A stretch of 64,000 bases of DNA from an uncultured Rhodobacter sp. (GTDB lineage: Bacteria; Pseudomonadota; Alphaproteobacteria; Rhodobacterales; Rhodobacteraceae): contig CAZRLO010000004.1 of NCBI GenBank assembly GCA_964600965.1, forward strand, positions 1,798-65,797, given 5' to 3'. The position numbers and the translations under genes were made by a program. Positions 62,440 to 64,000 of the stretch are shown piece by piece. Position 1 is the first letter of the stretch. Every line of letters starts with the position of its first letter. Below the pieces are notes generated by a model, which saw only the letters and a program-made list of their open reading frames with translations, was not told the origin of the DNA and did not search any database.

Positions 62440-62517
62440 CGCCGGTATGACCCGGCTTTCACCAGCGCCGGTATGATCCTGCCTTCACCAGCACCGGTGC
62501 GATCCGTCGACTTTCAA
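62440..62517. repeat. 26-bp tandem repeat, three degenerate units
   Basis: The units are CGCCGGTATGACCCGGCTTTCACCAG, CGCCGGTATGATCCTGCCTTCACCAG and CACCGGTGCGATCCGTCGACTTTCAA. They lie immediately downstream of the MarR-like gene stop. Confidence 0.7.
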
Positions 62518-62523
62518 CAATCC

Positions 62524-63021
62524 CTAATAGATATACCGTATCTGGTCGGTCCAGAACCGTTCCAGTGTCTTCAGCGAACCGTTCAGATAGACCAGCGCGC
62601 CTTTTTCAAGGACCGACTTTTCGTCGAGCGTGCTGGCATGGCGCGCGAACAATTCCCCGACGATGGTCCGGATTTTCCGGCCCTTTTCCGTCAACTTCAC
62701 CCGGACCGCCCGGCGGTCGATCTGGCAGCGCTGGTGGTGCATGTATCCCGCATCCACCAGTTTCTTGAGATTGTACGAAACGTTGGACCCCTGATAATAG
62801 CCCCGCGTCTTGAGCTCGCCCGCCGTCACTTCGTTTTCGCCGATATTGAACAACAGCAGCGCCTGAACCGCGTTGATGTCCAGCAGGCTCAACCGCTCAA
62901 ACTCGTCCTTGATGACGTCGAGCAGCAGGCGATGCAGCCGCTCCAACATGCCCAGCATGTCCATGTAATCGCCAAGATATCCCCGCGGCACCATATGGGT
63001 GCCTGCCTGATGAACCGTCAT
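62524..63021 (-). CDS. MarR-like winged-helix transcriptional regulator
   Basis: 165 aa from ATG 63021, preceded by GAGAGGAA. The wHTH core reads ...INAVQALLLFNIGENEVTAGELKTRGYYQGSNVSYNLKKLVDAGYM...DRRAVRVKLTEKG. Confidence 0.7.
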   Translation of the reverse strand: MTVHQAGTHMVPRGYLGDYMDMLGMLERLHRLLLDVIKDEFERLSLLDINAVQALLLFNIGENEVTAGELKTRGYYQGSNVSYNLKKLVDAGYMHHQRCQIDRRAVRVKLTEKGRKIRTIVGELFARHASTLDEKSVLEKGALVYLNGSLKTLERFWTDQIRYIY

Positions 63022-63110
63022 ATTCCTCTCCGCCGAACAGATGCGGGGTTCAGAATTGCGGCAATTCCCCAAAAAGACGTTAAGCGTGGGCGGGTTTTGC
63101 AATTTTTTCG

Positions 63111-63371
63111 TCACGACCCGGTGTCGGCGGATATCCGTGCGATCAGGGGCGCGAATTTTCGCGGCGGCGCCATGCGCCCGGACACCCACGCATACAGATC
63201 GTGGTCGTTTTCGCTCAGAAGCGACTCGAACATGTCCAGTTCACCCGGTGCCAGCGCGCCCAGATGCCGCGCCGCAAAACCGCCAAGGATCAGGTCCATT
63301 TCGCGAATGCCCCGCCGCTGGCTGCGCATGTTCAGGCGTTTCAGGCGGATTTCGTGGGTTTCATCGGCCAT
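63111..63371 (-). CDS. sdhE: FAD assembly factor SdhE (succinate dehydrogenase assembly factor 2)
   Basis: 86 aa with the RGxxE motif (RRGIREMDLILGGF) and DxDLxxW (NDHDLYAW). The start overlaps the stop of the upstream ROK gene. Confidence 0.8.
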   Translation of the reverse strand: MADETHEIRLKRLNMRSQRRGIREMDLILGGFAARHLGALAPGELDMFESLLSENDHDLYAWVSGRMAPPRKFAPLIARISADTGS

Positions 63372-64000
63372 CACTGCGAACCTTCCCATAACCGGGCCGC
63401 GCCGCGAACGCCGGAACTGTCGCCCCACCGCGCGACCACGGGGCGAACCGCCGCCTGATCGCGTGGCGGCAGAAAGACATGGGGGGCGATGCAGGCGGCC
63501 AATTGATCCGCCAGACCCGGCAAATTCGACAATCCACCCCCCAGAACGATCGTTTCGGGGTCCAGAACGTTCACGATAATGCCCAGCGCGACGCCCAGCC
63601 GGTCGCCGAATTCGGCCAGAACCGCCTGCGCCACCGCATCCCCCCGGCCCGCACGAACGGCAATCTCGCGGGCATCCGCGACCGGAGCCCCGGCTTTGGC
63701 TGCATAGGCCCGGACCAGTGCCGGACCCGAAAGATAGGTCTCGACGCAGCCGCGCCGTCCGCAAAAACAATGCTCTCCCAAAGCGGTCGCCCCTGGCATC
63801 GGCATGTGGCCCCACTCGCCCGCGATGCCGCGCGCGCCGTGCATGATCCGGCCGTCGATCACCAGGCCGCCGCCGACCCCGGTACCCAGAATGACCGCAA
63901 AGACCGAAGCCGCGCCCGCGCCCGCGCCGTCGTGGCATTCCGACAAGGCCAGGCAATTCGCGTCGTTGCTGCACCGGACCGGGCGGCCCAGCGCCTGCGC
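63371..64000 (-). CDS. ROK-family sugar kinase (N-acetylglucosamine-kinase-like), 5' end outside the window
   Basis: Carries ILGTGVGGGLVIDG, GEWGH and the Zn-binding C.CGRRGC.E motif. The frame stays open to the window edge. Confidence 0.8.
   Translation of the reverse strand, partial: AQALGRPVRCSNDANCLALSECHDGAGAGAASVFAVILGTGVGGGLVIDGRIMHGARGIAGEWGHMPMPGATALGEHCFCGRRGCVETYLSGPALVRAYAAKAGAPVADAREIAVRAGRGDAVAQAVLAEFGDRLGVALGIIVNVLDPETIVLGGGLSNLPGLADQLAACIAPHVFLPPRDQAAVRPVVARWGDSSGVRGAARLWEGSQ

Overview
This is a GC-rich, gene-dense chromosomal segment. Its gene content and regulatory motifs fit an alphaproteobacterium, most plausibly a member of the Rhodobacteraceae. Supporting features are an adjacent ctrA-sciP pair, hemA-type 5-aminolevulinate synthase, Usg, a RodZ-like protein, two cyclophilins, and direct-repeat GTTC-N7-GTTC SOS boxes.

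I support about 57 protein genes, almost all housekeeping:
- DNA metabolism: mfd (5'-truncated), uvrA, ssb, gyrA, recG, ligA.
- Translation: rpsB-tsf.
- tRNA modification: trmFO, gluQ, mnmA.
- Other core metabolism: psuG-psuK, coaD, hisI, ispG, hemA, sdhE.
- A valine-catabolism set (mmsA, acyl-CoA dehydrogenase, 3-hydroxyisobutyryl-CoA hydrolase, mmsB).
- Various transporters and regulators.

I see no rRNA or tRNA gene, CRISPR array, transposase, integrase or recognisable defence gene, so this looks like core genome rather than an island.

The signals that the gene map does not explain are all non-coding or very small:
1. An orphan promoter just downstream of recG carries two perfect tandem alpha-type LexA boxes. 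It drives an unannotated unit of about 350 nt that contains a 38-aa hydrophobic ORF and ends at a strong terminator. This is a candidate SOS-induced small membrane peptide and the best lead in the window.
2. An AT-rich 17-22 bp palindrome, GTGACTAAAATATTTTA(GTCAC), occurs identically in three intergenic regions.
3. A family of 110-230 bp intergenic repeats has three copies.
4. An 8-bp tandem array of 14 units lies upstream of a cyclophilin gene.
5. A 750-bp non-coding hemA upstream region holds two repeat sets.
6. A 520-bp structured convergent spacer lies between tsf and a solo luxR.

All product calls come from motifs I recognise in the supplied translations. No database search, covariance model or alignment tool was run, and most start codons are inferred.
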